A DNA stretch of 62,145 nucleotides, filler included, from Porpidia crustulata (Eukaryota), in the NCBI GenBank assembly GCA_964255105.1. It is 12 parts of 12 records of this genome, joined end to end, with 100 filler letters (N's around TTAATTAATTAA, not from the genome) between each part and the next. Parts side by side here need not be neighbours in the genome. Positions count along the whole stretch, not along the records: positions 1 to 5,101 come from CAXUWE010001906.1; positions 5,202 to 10,300 come from CAXUWE010001907.1; positions 10,401 to 15,499 come from CAXUWE010001908.1; 9 more parts are not named here. One strand, 5' to 3'. Shown in pieces: positions 1-13,156 of the stretch. Within the stretch, counting starts at the first letter, position 1. The number at the start of each line of letters is the position of its first letter. A program made the position numbers and the translations under genes. The notes below the pieces were generated by a model. That model did no database searches and was not told the DNA's origin. It saw only the letters and a list, made by a program, of their open reading frames with translations.

Positions 1-1
1 C

Positions 2-406
2 CGGCACCCATCCCCGGGAGGCTCCACGTCTTCCCTTAACGACCGGCACCTCGAACTTCCCAAAACACATGACCAACTGCTGCAAGAAAATGCAACCCTC
101 AAGATCCGTGTCTCCGAGCTCGAAGTCATCAATGACCTCTTCCGCGGCACCGTCTCGCAGCTGGAACAGAGCGAAGCCCATGCCAGGCGAACGGAAAACA
201 TGCAGCAAGACTCGCACAACCAGCTGCGGCAGCTCCTGGACGATTCGCGACGCCGCGAAGACGAGCTGAAGCGCAGGGTCGAAGATCTCGATCGCGAGGT
301 CGGCGAGCTGAGGGATAGCCCCGAGCCCGCGGCCAAGCGAGCGAGACTTTCGAGTGGGGGCGCGAACGAGTACCCGGAGCCGCCGCAGTCGCTTTCCGGG
401 CATTGA
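2..406 (+). CDS. areB: GATA factor AreB/Asd-4, C-terminal leucine-zipper part (5' truncated)
   Basis: Frame is open from base 2: ...ENATLKIRVSELEVINDLFRGTVSQLEQSE...RREDELKRRVEDLDRE...PAAKRARLS; this resembles the AreB/Asd-4 coiled-coil tail. The zinc finger lies outside the window. Confidence 0.75.
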   Translation, partial: RHPSPGGSTSSLNDRHLELPKTHDQLLQENATLKIRVSELEVINDLFRGTVSQLEQSEAHARRTENMQQDSHNQLRQLLDDSRRREDELKRRVEDLDREVGELRDSPEPAAKRARLSSGGANEYPEPPQSLSGH

Positions 407-1162
407 GAGAGACTTGTTGCTGCTTGCTTCTTTCCTTTCACCTAAGTCCTTGGCTGCGTGTGCGAGAGAGAGTGAGAGGGATATGATACCACACCGTTGA
501 CGCATTTCCTTGTTATCCCACCCAATCAAACATGTAATACTAATGTTATTCACCTATTGCTCCATTATCATGGCTTTGGAAAAAAAAGAAAGAAACGCCG
601 AGGGATTGCGATTGCCCAAAAAAAAGTCCCGCAGGCATTTTTGTATCTGTACTATTATTTCTACCGCGACGATTTTCCTTTGATGTGTTTTAAAGACGGC
701 GGCGGGAAAATTGGGGGTGGGGGAGTTGGAGCAGAATTCAAGTTTTTCGCATTTAATGATTCGCGGTTGTGTGAGGCGAAGAGGAGATGTGGCTCTGCAA
801 CGAATTAAACTTGATATCTCGACGCCTCCCTTTTCACCGGACGAGCAATCTACAGCGAGTAGGGAGACGATCTTCGGCGTGGATGGATCACAGCGTAGAT
901 TTTCGGTTTTGATTGCCATGATGGTTGTGGTAATAATCACATTAATACAAAGCGAGAGCTCGACGTATGCGTATTCGCAACTTTGACGGACTGGCAGCCG
1001 CCTAGTCTTACCATTCCCCTCTTCCGTGACCAAGAAATTCCTGGTCCGCCAAAAATGTCCCTTAACAAAACGCCCCTTACCCAAATTCCGCGGAGCCAGT
1101 CCAAACCCGTTCACACCCTTGATAACCTAGACCTTTCTGAAATTCTCTCCCAGTACCACCTG

Positions 1163-2707
1163 TTAATGCCCAAATCTCTCTGGCATAATCACCGGCGCGC
1201 CCAGGCTCCAGCTGTAAATGCCGTAGCATACCCACGCGCTGACTATCTTGACCCAACTCGCCCAGTATGTCCTGCCCACCGGGGCGAAATCCCCGGCGAT
1301 CTCGTAATCGATGTTTTGAGTCAGTAGCGTTGCGACCCACGTCGTCGCGAGTAGGAAGATGACGTGGAAGAGGCTATAGTTGTACTGGGTGCCGGCACGC
1401 TCGTCGTCTTTGCCGCCGCGGCCGTCGTCTTCCTCTTCCGAGTCGCTGTCGGAGTCCAGGGCGTTTGCCGGCAGGGATCCGGCTTCGACAGCGGCACGAA
1501 GGGCTTCGGCACGCATAGCACGGCGAGAGCTGTCGGGCTGGGTGTCGACGAGGCCGTGCTCGCCATCTTCATCGGGGATTTTGGCGTAGGGACTGGCGGT
1601 GTGGGCACCGAGGGCTATGCCCTGGGTTGCGGCGCGGGTGGTGGTGTAGGCGATTGTGAGCATGGTGACGATAGCACCGATAACAATGGAGGCGGTGCGG
1701 GTACCTTTGGCGCGTATGAGGGGGTTGCAGTGGTTGTCGTCGGGCTCCATACTGACAGCGGACATGGTGAGATAGGTGCAGTAAATTGCAACCATGGCTG
1801 ATTGGGCAAGGCCAGCTTGAGGGTTGTATTCTTGGACAGTGGGGTGGACGGAGATGGCAGAGATGATGAGGATAAGGAGGAGGTTAATGGTGATGGCAGC
1901 TTGGTTCATGGAACAGCCACTTCGGGCGAAGAAGATGTACATGACGATGGTCATGGCGAAGGAGGCAGTAAACATGCTGAGGGTCGAGCCGATGAGAAGG
2001 GTCCGCCAGGCTTTGGAATCGTACTTCTCAATCTTTTCAAGGCAGTACTCAGCGTAGGTATGCGCGAGATCGACCAAGAGGATCAGACCAAGGAGGACGA
2101 AAAGCATGGCTCCGGCGAGAGCAAAGTACTGGCCCCAGACTTGAAAGAAGCCTTCCGGTATGAAGAAGCTCATAACGACGAAGGCGAGCCAGACTATGAT
2201 TTTAGGACCCCAGTAGCCATTTTGTAGCGCAGCTCGGCCGTCTCTTGAAGATTTAACACCCAGGAGTAGTATGGCAAGAAAAAAGTGGAAGAGCCCCAGG
2301 GCAAAATTCATTCGTTGCACAGCGACGTAACCGTAACATTGCTTTCCTTGGCATAGAGTCATGTAGTCCGTGGTGAGGTATTGTAGCTTTCTCAACGCCC
2401 ACGGTGTGAGCATCAACCAGGAGATGATGGAATTCACTAGGAGTATAAGAGCGTAGGCTATTCGGGCCGCCATGCTACGTTTCCATCAGCACATACGCCT
2501 CACAAAGTTCTCATGACTACAGACCTGCTTTGAAACTTGCCGCAAGCACTGCATACCGCTGAACAGGTCGCAGCTCCGCAGCATGAGGCTCCAAAGGTGA
2601 CAAGCTATTCACGACAATCAGAATGGGTATTGTAGACAAAGAGGGGGATCCCATACAGTACCCATACTCGGGATAGCGAGCAGCGGTAAAGAGAGTAGAG
2701 CCCCCAT
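1163..2707 (-). CDS. TMS1: Serinc/TMS1 (TDE family) membrane protein, 3 exons
   Basis: Spliced N-terminus MGALLSLPLLAIPSMGT|LVTFGASCCGAATCSAVCSACGKFQS|SMAARIAY; motifs LQNGYWGPK, GLAQSAMVAIYCTYLT, YNYSLFHVIF, WVKIVSAWVCYGIYSWSLGAPVIMPERF; canonical GT-AG introns. Confidence 0.95.
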
Positions 2708-3178
2708 GGTTGATGGTTGCTCGAGTTTTGAAGGGTTGTGGGGTGATTGTGCGTCGAGGTTGATTGATGAACGACCAACAGGACGATGAGGTGGAGGCGA
2801 CAACAAGCGCTAGTGCCTTGTAGGGCACTCAGGGATCTTGCCTCTTAACCGCCGATGTCCGTGATATCATTGCGAGCCTCCAAGTTCCCACCTAAACAGC
2901 TTGACGCTTCGACCAATCGATTCCTTCCCTCGAGTCGTAGATATCTACAACCATTTGCTATCCAAAGGAACTATCACTATCATACTGTCTTTCAACATAC
3001 CCCATTGAATTCCAGATCAGGAGCACATGTGCACAGAAAGAGTCTATACGACAGCACATCCGGAACCGCCGAGCTACCTCGATCCCCCATCCAGCACTTC
3101 AACAACAGCAAGAGCTACCTCGATGTGGTGCCGATAGCCCTCTACTCGACCTTGGGTACACGAAGTGGAGGCGCCGCG

Positions 3179-5101
3179 ATGTCCGACAAGACTCTGAGAG
3201 CCGCACGAATTGTGTCTGTTGTTGCAGCGACAGTAATTTCTCTCTCATGCGGAACCAATGTTTGTCATATATTACTTCGGTAGCTTCGAACATAAGGTTC
3301 ATTGTGTCTTTAGTATGCCTACTCAGCATGGGCGCCTCAATTTGCAACAAGGATGAAACTCTCAAAGACTGAGAGTAATCTGATAGTGAGTTGCGCTTGT
3401 CAGCTTGCAGATGTTCAGATGATAAGAAGCTGAGAATTGAAAGGGTGTATTTGGCAACCTGGGCATGTACGCAGCAGGTATTCCCGTTGGTCTACTTGTG
3501 GACTCGAGAGGGCCAAGGCCTGGAGTCATGCTTGGTGCAATCCTGCTTGGCTTTGGTTACTTCATGATGCACCAAGGTTGGAGAAAATTATCAATTCTGC
3601 AATAGCTTCTCTGACATTACGAAAGCATATGATGCCGGACCGGGTTCCATGAGAGTACCATGGTTGTGCTTTTTCCAGTGTCTGACTGGTATTGGCGGCG
3701 CTGCCGCCTTTTCTGGTTCAATAAAGACATGTATGGTCTCTACCAAACCCAGAAGTCGATTTTGCGGGAATCTTACATTTTATCAGCTGCTATCAATTGG
3801 CCTAGTCATCGCGGGACTGCTACGGGATTCCCCTTGGCTGCCTTTGGACTCAGTGCATTCTTCTTTGTCACCATTTCCACATTCGCATTTCCCGACAACA
3901 CTACTGACTTCCTCCTCATGCTGGCCATTGGTACTTTTGCCATGTGCTTCGTCTCCTTCTTCTTCCTCCGCGTCGTTCCGCCTTCTCTGGCCTATTCTGC
4001 TATACCGACCACTGATAGTAGACGGGATTCAAGCCCTTTAGTACGTACCAAGTCAGAAGACCGAAAGTACAATGTGGGCCATGTGCCCGAAGAGCCAGGT
4101 ACGCAAACGTCCGCCATTCATCACGATTCTGCCCCTTTGCATAAGGATGCAACCAAAAACCGAGCATCTTCAGATAGGGAGGTCTTGGCCAACAATGAGG
4201 ATATAGATGAGACTTCCTCCCTGATATCTAAATCTTCTTCCTCGGGCCCCGGGGATATTCCCTATGGACATGACGATGGCAAATCTACTTCGGGTCATAC
4301 TAATCATGATCGACATCGCCCAGATATACGAGGCCTTGCTCTGCTCTACAAGGTTGAATTCTGGCAACTGTTTTCGATGCTGGGCTTGTTGACCGGTATC
4401 GGTCTAATGACGATAAAGTGAGACCCCCAGACCCTTTACCATAGTACTATTGACACCTTCCAGCAACATCGGTAACGACACCATAGCCCTCTGGGCTCAC
4501 TACGACGATAGCGCATCCCCCCAGTTTGTCCAAGAGCGGCAACTCATGCACGTTTCCATACTCTCAGTCCTTAGCTTCATTGGCCGTCTTTGTAGCGGTA
4601 AGTCATCCCTTTCTCAAGACGCCAAACCAACTCTTCCCTTCACCTAAAGACCTGGAGGTTAAACACCCCACCCCCAGGCGTTGGCTCCGACCTCATCGTC
4701 AAAAAACTCCACATGTCCCGCTTCTGGTGCCTCTTCACCTCCTCCCTCATCTTCTGCGCTGCCCAGATCTGCGGCGCCCGCATCCAAACCCCGCACCTCC
4801 TCGGCCTCGTCTCCGGCCTCACCGGCCTCGCCTACGGCTTCCTCTTCGGCGTCTACCCCTCCCTCGTCGCCGAAACCTTCGGTATCGCCGGCCTCTCCCA
4901 GAACTGGGGCTGCATGACGCTCGCGCCCGTGCTGTCCGGCAACATCTTCAACCTGGTCTACGGTAAGATTTACGATCGACACAGCATCGTCTTGCCCGGC
5001 GGGAAGCGCGAGTGTCCGGGTGGGAGGGAGTGCTACAGCGCGGCGTATTGGGTCACGTTCTGCGCTAGCGTCGTCGGCGTGGGGATTAGCCTGTGGAGTA
5101 T
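3179..5101 (+). CDS. MFS transporter, Mch1/nodulin-like (multi-exon, 3' truncated)
   Basis: Spliced SLSCGTN|YAYSAWAPQF, GNLGMYAAGIPVG, AAINWPSHRGTATGFPLAAFGLSAFF, GIGLMTIN|NIGN, ETFGIAGLSQNWG; runs into the linker. Confidence 0.88.
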
Positions 5102-5201
5102 NNNNNNNNNNNNNNNNNNNNNNNNNNNNNNNNNNNNNNNNNNNNTTAATTAATTAANNNNNNNNNNNNNNNNNNNNNNNNNNNNNNNNNNNNNNNNNNN
5201 N
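5102..5201. other. Artificial contig linker N44-TTAATTAATTAA-N44 (first of 11)
   Basis: Identical 100-nt spacer with stops in all six frames, also at 10301-10400, 15500-15599, 20698-20797, 25894-25993, 31087-31186, 36270-36369, 41452-41551, 46630-46729, 51803-51902 and 56975-57074. Confidence 0.99.
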
Positions 5202-6052
5202 GTTCTGGATCTGTAGAGGTAAGGGGGAGGCCGGCGAAGGCGAGAGGGGCGGAGATCTTGGAGATTAGGGTTTCGAAGGCTGTGTAGAAACGTTGAAAGG
5301 GCTCGTCGGTGCGGAAGGGTAAGAGGTCGGGATTTGGGGTGGTAAATGGAGGTTCGGTATGAGTCATTGGGACTAGTGGTGATGGGGATGGCTGAACAGG
5401 TCGCTGAGGATTTTTTGGCATAGGTTTCGGCGGTGGATCTGGTCTTGGCCGTCTTGGCGGCGTGGAAAGTTTCCCTTCACCATTCGAAGGCAAGATTGGC
5501 GAGGATGTTTGCCTGTCTCTGCGCTGTTTGTTTGATGGTATTCCACGGGCGGATGCAAGATTACTGGCAATTGAAGAGCTGACATCACGGCTAGGTATAT
5601 GTGCTGGTAGCGGGTTATGCTGTTGAGAAAGGAAAGGAGGGCTTTCGCGAGGCTTGGAGGTGTTCGGCGAAGCAGGCAGTTGTGGGCCGGGCTTTTGATC
5701 CGGCAGAAACTCGGAGACCTGAGGTGGAGGCTGCGAGTTTTGGAGCTTAATAAGTTGGGCTAACTTTGCATGATGTTGCTCAAGCAGCTTTAAAGTGCGT
5801 AGAGCCTGACCATATTCATCAGTATTTTGAGGGCAGATGATAGGTGCCACGCAAGACTGACTTCCGAGTTTGCGGTATCCTTGGCAGCCGTTGCAAACTG
5901 CGCAGCTGCAAGATCATGCTCCTCGACCGCGACGGCTGGAGTTGCTGCATTCTGGGCGTTGCGGGCATGGGATTGTGCCTTCAACGATTGACATCAACCA
6001 AGCATTCATACGCTGCCTGAGAGCTTACCAAGGTAAGAGGAGACGATTCCAT
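5202..6052 (-). CDS. MIT-domain protein, Atg38/NRBF2-like (3' truncated)
   Basis: Spliced N-terminus MESSPLTL|AQSHARNAQ...EEHDLAAAQFATAAKDTANSE|ALRTLKLLEQHHAKLAQLIK, then a Pro/Ser-rich linker and FQRFYTAFETLISKISAPLAFAGLPL. Confidence 0.6.
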
Positions 6053-6494
6053 CGGCGTATACGAACCCAAACAGTCTATCTCTTAGAGTAGTTCTCAAGT
6101 TTGGCTATTCCAAGCTACGAAGTAAAGCTGAATGCGATGTTTGCTGTTAAGAGTCATCTGAGCGCAGCTAGGTAGCTCGTCGTCATCGGACTTAATCTCG
6201 GGCTTTAGACGGGCGACGATCATCGAACGGAGAAGCCGCAACCTTAAGCGCATCACTTTATGTGGGTAGCCGAGGGTGCCCTTGTCAGTCGTCATCCTCG
6301 TCAACAATATCTAGCGCGTTCCCTAATCTACCTTACCTTACCTGCTTTACGCCTAGAATCACTTATCCAATAATCTTACCCCCAATTTGACACAGCTTCC
6401 CAGTGGTTCGTTTGGACTATGCCAAGCTTGCGTCAAAACCGAAGCAACATGGTCCATGATGTACAATTCTAGCGATTTCTAGCTAGAGAAACTT

Positions 6495-9400
6495 ATGATG
6501 GAGCAGCCACCATCCAAGGATGTGTCGCCGGCACCCTCTGAGCGTGGACTGAAAGGCGTGTTTGCCAAAGCCAGACGTTCGCGCAAGGATCATTCCTCTA
6601 CCACATCTGTCAACGCCAACGACAATCACAGTGAAGGTCGAAGTGTTAGGAACTCAGTCGATTCCCTTCTGGACAAGGCCCTCTCCAGTCGACATTCTAG
6701 CCTTGATGATGGAAAGTTTACCGCAGGCGATAAATTGTCAAAGCTTGTACCAGCTCGCATCAAGATGAAGAGGAAGGAGCGGAAAGAGGCCGAGGAGCAG
6801 CAACAAGACGAAGAACGCGGTCGGAAGATGGGTGATGAAAAAGGATCGTTAGCAGATCATGATCCTCAATCAGGTCAACAGAGTCCTGGCGACGACGGCG
6901 GAAGCAGTTTGATAACGATGGATTCGGATTTAGAGTCGTGAGTCGTGTCTCCCTTGATCCTTGCAGAGGCTCTCCAGAATCTGGCGCTTATAAGCGAGGG
7001 CGGATCAGCCGCAAGCATTGCCCTTCCAAGGCTCAGATCCCAGTAACAAGGCAGAAGGATTATCAGCAGGACCACCACTGAATTACTCTATATTGCACTG
7101 CAATTGCCATCACTTAGCTGTCATCTTTGTCTTCCCGTTCATCAAGATCAGCCAGTTGCTCTCCTGACTAATGCTGACTGATTGTCCCATATAGACCGGT
7201 AATCTCACCACCGCCACTTGTAAGTCGCCAATCGCACATTGGCTACCTAACCTCTACATCCCCGTTGATTAAATCCACCACGGTCACCGCACCCAGTATT
7301 CCGCATACAAATTCTCCTACATTTCAGCCACCCGAATACCACAAGTCTACCACGTTGCCCGCCTCCGGTCATTTCTCTTCAGCAACGAATCTGGCTCCTC
7401 GACATGCCGCTACCTTGGACGCTGGTCAAGCCGAGAAAGATGCCTCCAGAAACAGTCGCGGAATATCTCCAGGTACCAAGATTAGGGATGCTTTCACGCC
7501 CGGAACTCGGAAGAAACGTATCAGCCCGTCGAGAAGTCCGGACCGCACGTCCGTAAAATCTTCGGAGAGTGCAAACACATTGGGAGGGTTCTTTGGTACA
7601 GCGGATAGAAGGAAAAGTGCTACATCGGACCATGCCCCCAACGTTCTAGAGGATCGCCCGATAATGCCTCAATCCATGGACACGGACACGAAGATCAAAA
7701 CGGTCAAGAAGCCGGAACTTCCTTCTATATCTACGACTCCTCGAACACCACCCAGCGCGTCGCTAGGTACCCCTCATACCACTGTCACACCTCCTACTCC
7801 AACGGATCAACGCACCGATTCTCCTGGAAGCCCATCAGCTAAACGCTCACAATCATCACAAGCAGGCACGAACGACAATACTGTGACGTCAGCCTCAGGC
7901 AACATGATCTCTCACCGAAGAGCTAGGTCAGACTCTGCAACGCACCCACCTAGCAAATTATCTAATGCCATGTCTGCCCCATTAACGCCGACAATTGAAG
8001 AATCCATGACGCCCGGGATTCGTTCTTCTGGGGGTTCAGGCTCACCCGGTGGCCCAGCTGGCTTCTTCTCGTCTGTCTTCTCGGCTGCTCAAAATGCCGC
8101 AAATACACTAACGAACACAATTGCCAATAATCCACCAAGGTCCAGGAGCTCATCACAACTCTTGGAGGAGGAAAATGACAAGACCGTTGAGACGATCTCA
8201 ACTACCGTTCAAGGAGATGATAGTATACCACCAGATCCGAGAAAAGAGCTTGCTGTCGATACGCTAGGGTCGGGCGACTTAAGTCTATACCATCTCGGTA
8301 TTTCCATAGAACCTCCTTTGACTAGTAATTCCACCACCGGCACCTTTCCAACCCTTCAAAATGGCTCCCCTCGGACCAAATCTGGTACTATGATACAGCG
8401 AGATGAGGCTACAGCGCGCGTTGAGGATGCATCGGCTGCTCGTGCGGTATCCGCAGCGTATAGCGACTTGACTTTGAACGAACAGGTTTCCACACCCGTT
8501 GCTGAAGATCCTGCACCTATATTTAAAACTAGGTCAATGTACGAAGGTAGCCTCGTAGGCGATAAAACACCGCCCAATGGGAGTATCTTTGAGGGTGACA
8601 ACGGATTCAAAAGGAGTGGGAGTGTTCGTAGCCGAGTTGGTGCTGTTGCACGGCGGCATCGGAACAGCTCAGGTGCTACAGGCAGTACGATCGCTGCTGC
8701 AATTGGAGCAGGTCATTCTGCTCTCGCCAATCCCGCATCTGGTAGTACTCCGAAATTGACAGGTTTTGCCGTTGCTAGTAAAAAGCGCAATCGTGACTTC
8801 CATCAGCTGTTTCGCAGTGTTCCGGAGGACGATTATCTTATAGAAGACTATAGCTGCGCTCTTCAGAGAGATATCATACTGGCTGGGAGAATCTATGTAT
8901 CCGAAGGCCATATCTGCTTCTCCAGTAATATATTAGGATGGGTTACGACCCTGATTATCAGTTTCGACGAAGTCGTCTCCATTGAAAAGGAGAACACTGC
9001 CATGGTCTTTCCAAACGCCATCGCCATTCAAACTCTTCACGCAAGACATACATTCCGCAGTCTCCTTAGTCGGGAAGCTACGTACGAGCTGTTAGTCGGT
9101 ATTTGGAAGCTAAGCCATCCGCAGCTGAAAAGCTCGCTGAACGGAGTGACACTGGATTCTGGCGGTACTGGGGACAAAACCGAGAAGGCTGAGCCCAGCA
9201 GCGAAGATGCTAGTGATATTTCAGATGAAGAGGAGGAAGTTTATGACGAGGATGAGGGAGGAGATGATGGTGTAGGTAGCTTGACAGAGGCTGGTGAGGG
9301 TAGTATTGCAGGTAGTGATGTTGTCGAGCCCGTCAGCAAGCCGGCCCTTCGGAAAGCATCTTCCATGGGTAATGCTATCGGCTCTGCGGCAGGGAGTGTG

Positions 9401-10300
9401 CCAACGAACGGCGAAGTAAGAAATGGCGAGAAAGCCGTCGCTGCCAGTGCTGCAAGTGTGGACTTCCCGGGTCCATCAACGCATGCACCGACGGAGTGTA
9501 CTGATGGCGATACCCACTATGACAAGCTCCTCAAAGACGAGGTTATTCCAGCCCCATTGGGTAAAGTCTATTCGATGATATTCGGTCCTGCGTCTGGTGG
9601 ATTCATGACGAAGTGGCTTCTCGATGATATTAAAGTCACTGATCTGCAAATGGAAGACGATAAGAAGGGTCTCGATGCCGAGACGAGAAGTCGGTCATAC
9701 TCATACATCAAGCCACTCTATGCCTCAATTGGGCCGAAACAAACGAAATGCATGATAATTGAAAACATGGATTCCTTTGACCTGGAAAAGGCCATCTCCG
9801 TCACTGTGTCGACGCAAACTCCTGATGTGCCTAGTGGCAACGTTTTCACTACAAAGACTAAATTCTGCCTTATGTGGGCGCCTGGCAATGCAACAAGATT
9901 ACTGATGAATTTCACCATTGAATGGTCGGGTAAGAGCTGGCTGAAAGGTGAAAATCAATGTCCCACCTTGCATAAATGATATTAACAAGTACTTCACAGG
10001 ACCGATCGAGAAGGGTGCAAGCGACGGCCAAGGGACCTACGCCAACGACCTAGTAAAGGCTCTCAGACTAGGCCTCACATCACGATCCCGAACGAACACT
10101 CTCGGCTCCAAGATCAAATCCAAAGGCAAACGCAGAAAAGGCGACGTCGACGCCTCGAAAACATCACTAGCAAACACAAGCTCTAAACCCACCCTCGCCC
10201 AGAAACAAGACACCACCTGGGGTCTTCTAGAGCCCCTCCACCCCCTCCTCGGCCCCGTCGTCGATCCCATCATGACCCTGATAACCTCCCAAGTCATCAT
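6495..10300 (+). CDS. GRAM + VASt (StART-like) sterol-transfer protein, Lam/Ysp2 family (3' truncated)
   Basis: GRAM: KRNRDFHQLFRSVPEDDYLIEDYSCALQRDIILAGRIYVSEGHICFSSNILGW. VASt: TQTPDVPSGNVFTTKTK...EWSGKSWLK|GPIEKGA. Introns near 6938-7194 and 9948-9999. Confidence 0.92.
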
Positions 10301-10400
10301 NNNNNNNNNNNNNNNNNNNNNNNNNNNNNNNNNNNNNNNNNNNNTTAATTAATTAANNNNNNNNNNNNNNNNNNNNNNNNNNNNNNNNNNNNNNNNNNNN

Positions 10401-10502
10401 ATGAAGAGAAGCACAAATGACGACGGAATCCCCGGTCCGGAGATCTGGCTGTGCGAGACAGCGAGGAGTTTGGTCGGCAAGGAGAAGGGGCGGAGAGGCT
10501 GA
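10401..10502 (+). CDS. 3' end of an unidentified gene, convergent with RNR2
   Basis: Open frame from the contig start (...DDGIPGPEIWLCETARSLVGKEKGRRG*) followed by 3'UTR-like sequence; family not recognised. Confidence 0.3.
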   Translation: MKRSTNDDGIPGPEIWLCETARSLVGKEKGRRG

Positions 10503-10838
10503 GGTGTCCTGGTGTCGTAGACGTCGGCTCTGGAGGAGGAATGTCCTTAAATACATACATACACGCTGCAGAGCCAACGGGCGAATTGCAGAGGAATTTT
10601 AATGCAACAGACGCAAGGAACATTAAGGTCGCAGGTAGGATGCAATAGCAAGCACACATGCTCGGTACGGAATTAATGTCCAAGCTTCGAATTCATATCC
10701 TATGCTATCCCTATGCTATTTACCCGAATCCTAATCCTAACAAGCCCCCATACCCAAACGCCGCTTGTGCCATGAGCCCTCAATGCATATCAGAACCACG
10801 TGAAAATAATGTACAAATGGCCGACTTCCTCGTTCAGC

Positions 10839-12290
10839 TTAAAAGTCCTCGTCGAAATTAAAGTCACCCCCGTTCCCGTTGTTCTTCTCCACCGCCTCGC
10901 CGTCGGCGCCCGTCTCCTTCTCCTTTGTGCTCGCCATGACGCCGGCCTTCTGGTAGTCGCCGACGCGTTTCTCGAAGAAATTCGTCTTGCCGGCCAGCGA
11001 GATGCTCTCCATGAAGTCGAAGGGGTTCGCCGAGTTGTAGTATTTTGCGTTGCCAAGGGCGAGGAGGAGGCGGTCGGCGACGAACTCGATGTATTGTTTC
11101 ATCAGGGTCGCGTTCATGCCGAGCAGCGCACAGGGCAGGGAATCGGTGAGGAATTCCTGCTCGATGGTGACGGCTTCGGTGATGACGTCCTGGACGGCCT
11201 GCTTCGACGGGCGGTTGTTTAGGTGCGTGAAGAGGAGGCAGGCGAAGTCCGTGTGTAGACCCTCGTCCCGGGAGATGAGTTCGTTGGAGAAGGTGAGGCC
11301 GGGCATAAGGCCGCGTTTCTTGAGCCAGAAGATCGAGGCGAAGGAGCCAGAGAAGAAGATGCCCTCGACGGCGGCAAAGGCAACGAGGCGTTGGGCGAAA
11401 GTGGAGGATTTGTCTTGGATCCATTTGATGGCCCAATCGGCTTTCTTGCGGATGCATGGTACTAGTGCAGTGTCAATTTGAGGTAATTGTTGTGCGGAGA
11501 CGCGTACGTCGAAGGCGGCTTACTGTTGTCAATGGCATTGAAGAGGTACGTGCGTTGCTTTTGCTCTTTTATGTACGTGTCGATGAGTAGAGAGTAGGTC
11601 TCGGAATGGATGTTCTCCATCATGATTTGAAATCCGTAGAAGCAACGTGCTTCAGGGACTTGAACTTCGCCGCTAAAGCGCTCAACTAGGTTCTCATTCA
11701 CAATGCCGTCGGAGGCAGCGAAAAAGGCAAGGACGTGGGAGATGAAGTAGCGCTCGTCATCGTTGAGGCGGTTGTTCCAGTCATGGAGATCTTTGGAGAG
11801 ATCGATTTCTTCGGCGGTCCAGAACGAGGCTTCAGCCTTTTTATACATCCGCCAGATCTATGCAGTAGATTGTGTCAGCTTTAGTATGATGGAGGCACTC
11901 TACGCGTAACGCGTCAAGGGTCACCTACCTCGTGGTACCTAATTGGAAAGAGCACGAAGCGTTGAGGGTTCTCTTGTAGCAGTGGCTCATTCGCTTCCTC
12001 TGGCTTTATGGTAGGTGCTACTACTGGCTTTTTCTCATTTTTGACAAGGTCGAGGGTGGGCTTCTTCAAGTCGTCGATGTCGTTGACGATGATAGTGTCG
12101 TGCTTGAGATTTTCTTTCCCCATGGCTTCGAAATCAATCTTCTTGATTGGAGAATCGGCCATTTTGAAGTTGTCGAGTCCAGTAGCAGCCTATATAAGAC
12201 GTAGATCAGCACTGATATCAGACTGAATGAGGATAGCGCGGTGTGGCGTTGGGAGCATACCTGCTTTGACGGCGTGATCTGGGTAGCCAT
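10839..12290 (-). CDS. RNR2: Ribonucleotide reductase small (R2) subunit, 4 exons
   Basis: [88 protein letters not shown]-terminal FDEDF. Introns 12260-12190, 11928-11858 and 11523-11462. Confidence 0.98.
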
Positions 12291-13156
12291 TGTTAATGAT
12301 GAGGGAAGAGGAAGATGTAAAGCTGGTATATACAGAGGCCCAGAAGAAAATTCGGGGGTGGTAGAAGTGATTGGGTGGTGGTGGACAAAGCCCCGAGAAG
12401 TGGAGGGTAAAGTACTTTATGAAATTCTGGCGCGTTGTTTTCGTCACGAGAGAACGTGACGAGCTATCACCCCTGAGGTTAGTGTAGGGCTGGTTGACGC
12501 AATCGAGTGAACAGCCCCTTATAACTAACAGTAGTCAATTCCATACAACAGTTTGAGAACTCGAGCCATGTTTTCATGAGCACGATGATTCCCTGAAACA
12601 CTTGTGTCGAGTCGCTCGAGCAGTCCATGTCACTGCCAGTGTCACGGAGACGGTAGCAGTAGTACCGCCCTCACAAATCTTCATTGAGTTTGAAAGACTC
12701 GACATGGATCAGACCTATCCATACTAATTTCAATACATCTGATACGCAGGCTATGTGCAATGACAAGCCTCAGCAATCTAGAGCCTGCTAGTGCAATCCA
12801 ATGAGATTTTGGTCGAAATAATGGGCAGTCCAAACTGTGGACATCTATTCAGGGGTGTGGAAGTAGCAGCGGTAGATATTGAGGTGATCCGGGTTCCCTA
12901 GATCTTCAACCATGATCCAGCCCTCGTCGCAATAAGCTGTCGAGTCATCTATACTTATAGACTTTATTAGATATGGTGAATGTTAAATTCGGAGAGGATG
13001 CAACCGTCTCTTTCCCACCTCGCTATAACAAGTCTTATAAGACACGACACCGAGCTATGCATACACGACGATCTTGAAAGGCTCTATTTCTTATGCTAAA
13101 CACCTGACGCCGAGATACCCAATATTCTAGAGTGTCTACCAGATCTAGGGCCGGGT

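Noticed and set aside
497..1114. ORFs of 103-186 aa between areB and TMS1
   Set aside because: They fall in convergent 3'UTR space with homopolymer runs and no protein motifs.
5146..5157. TTAATTAATTAA recurring every ~5.2 kb as a biological periodic repeat or CRISPR-like array
   Set aside because: It is always centred in N44 flanks and is a synthetic six-frame-stop linker.
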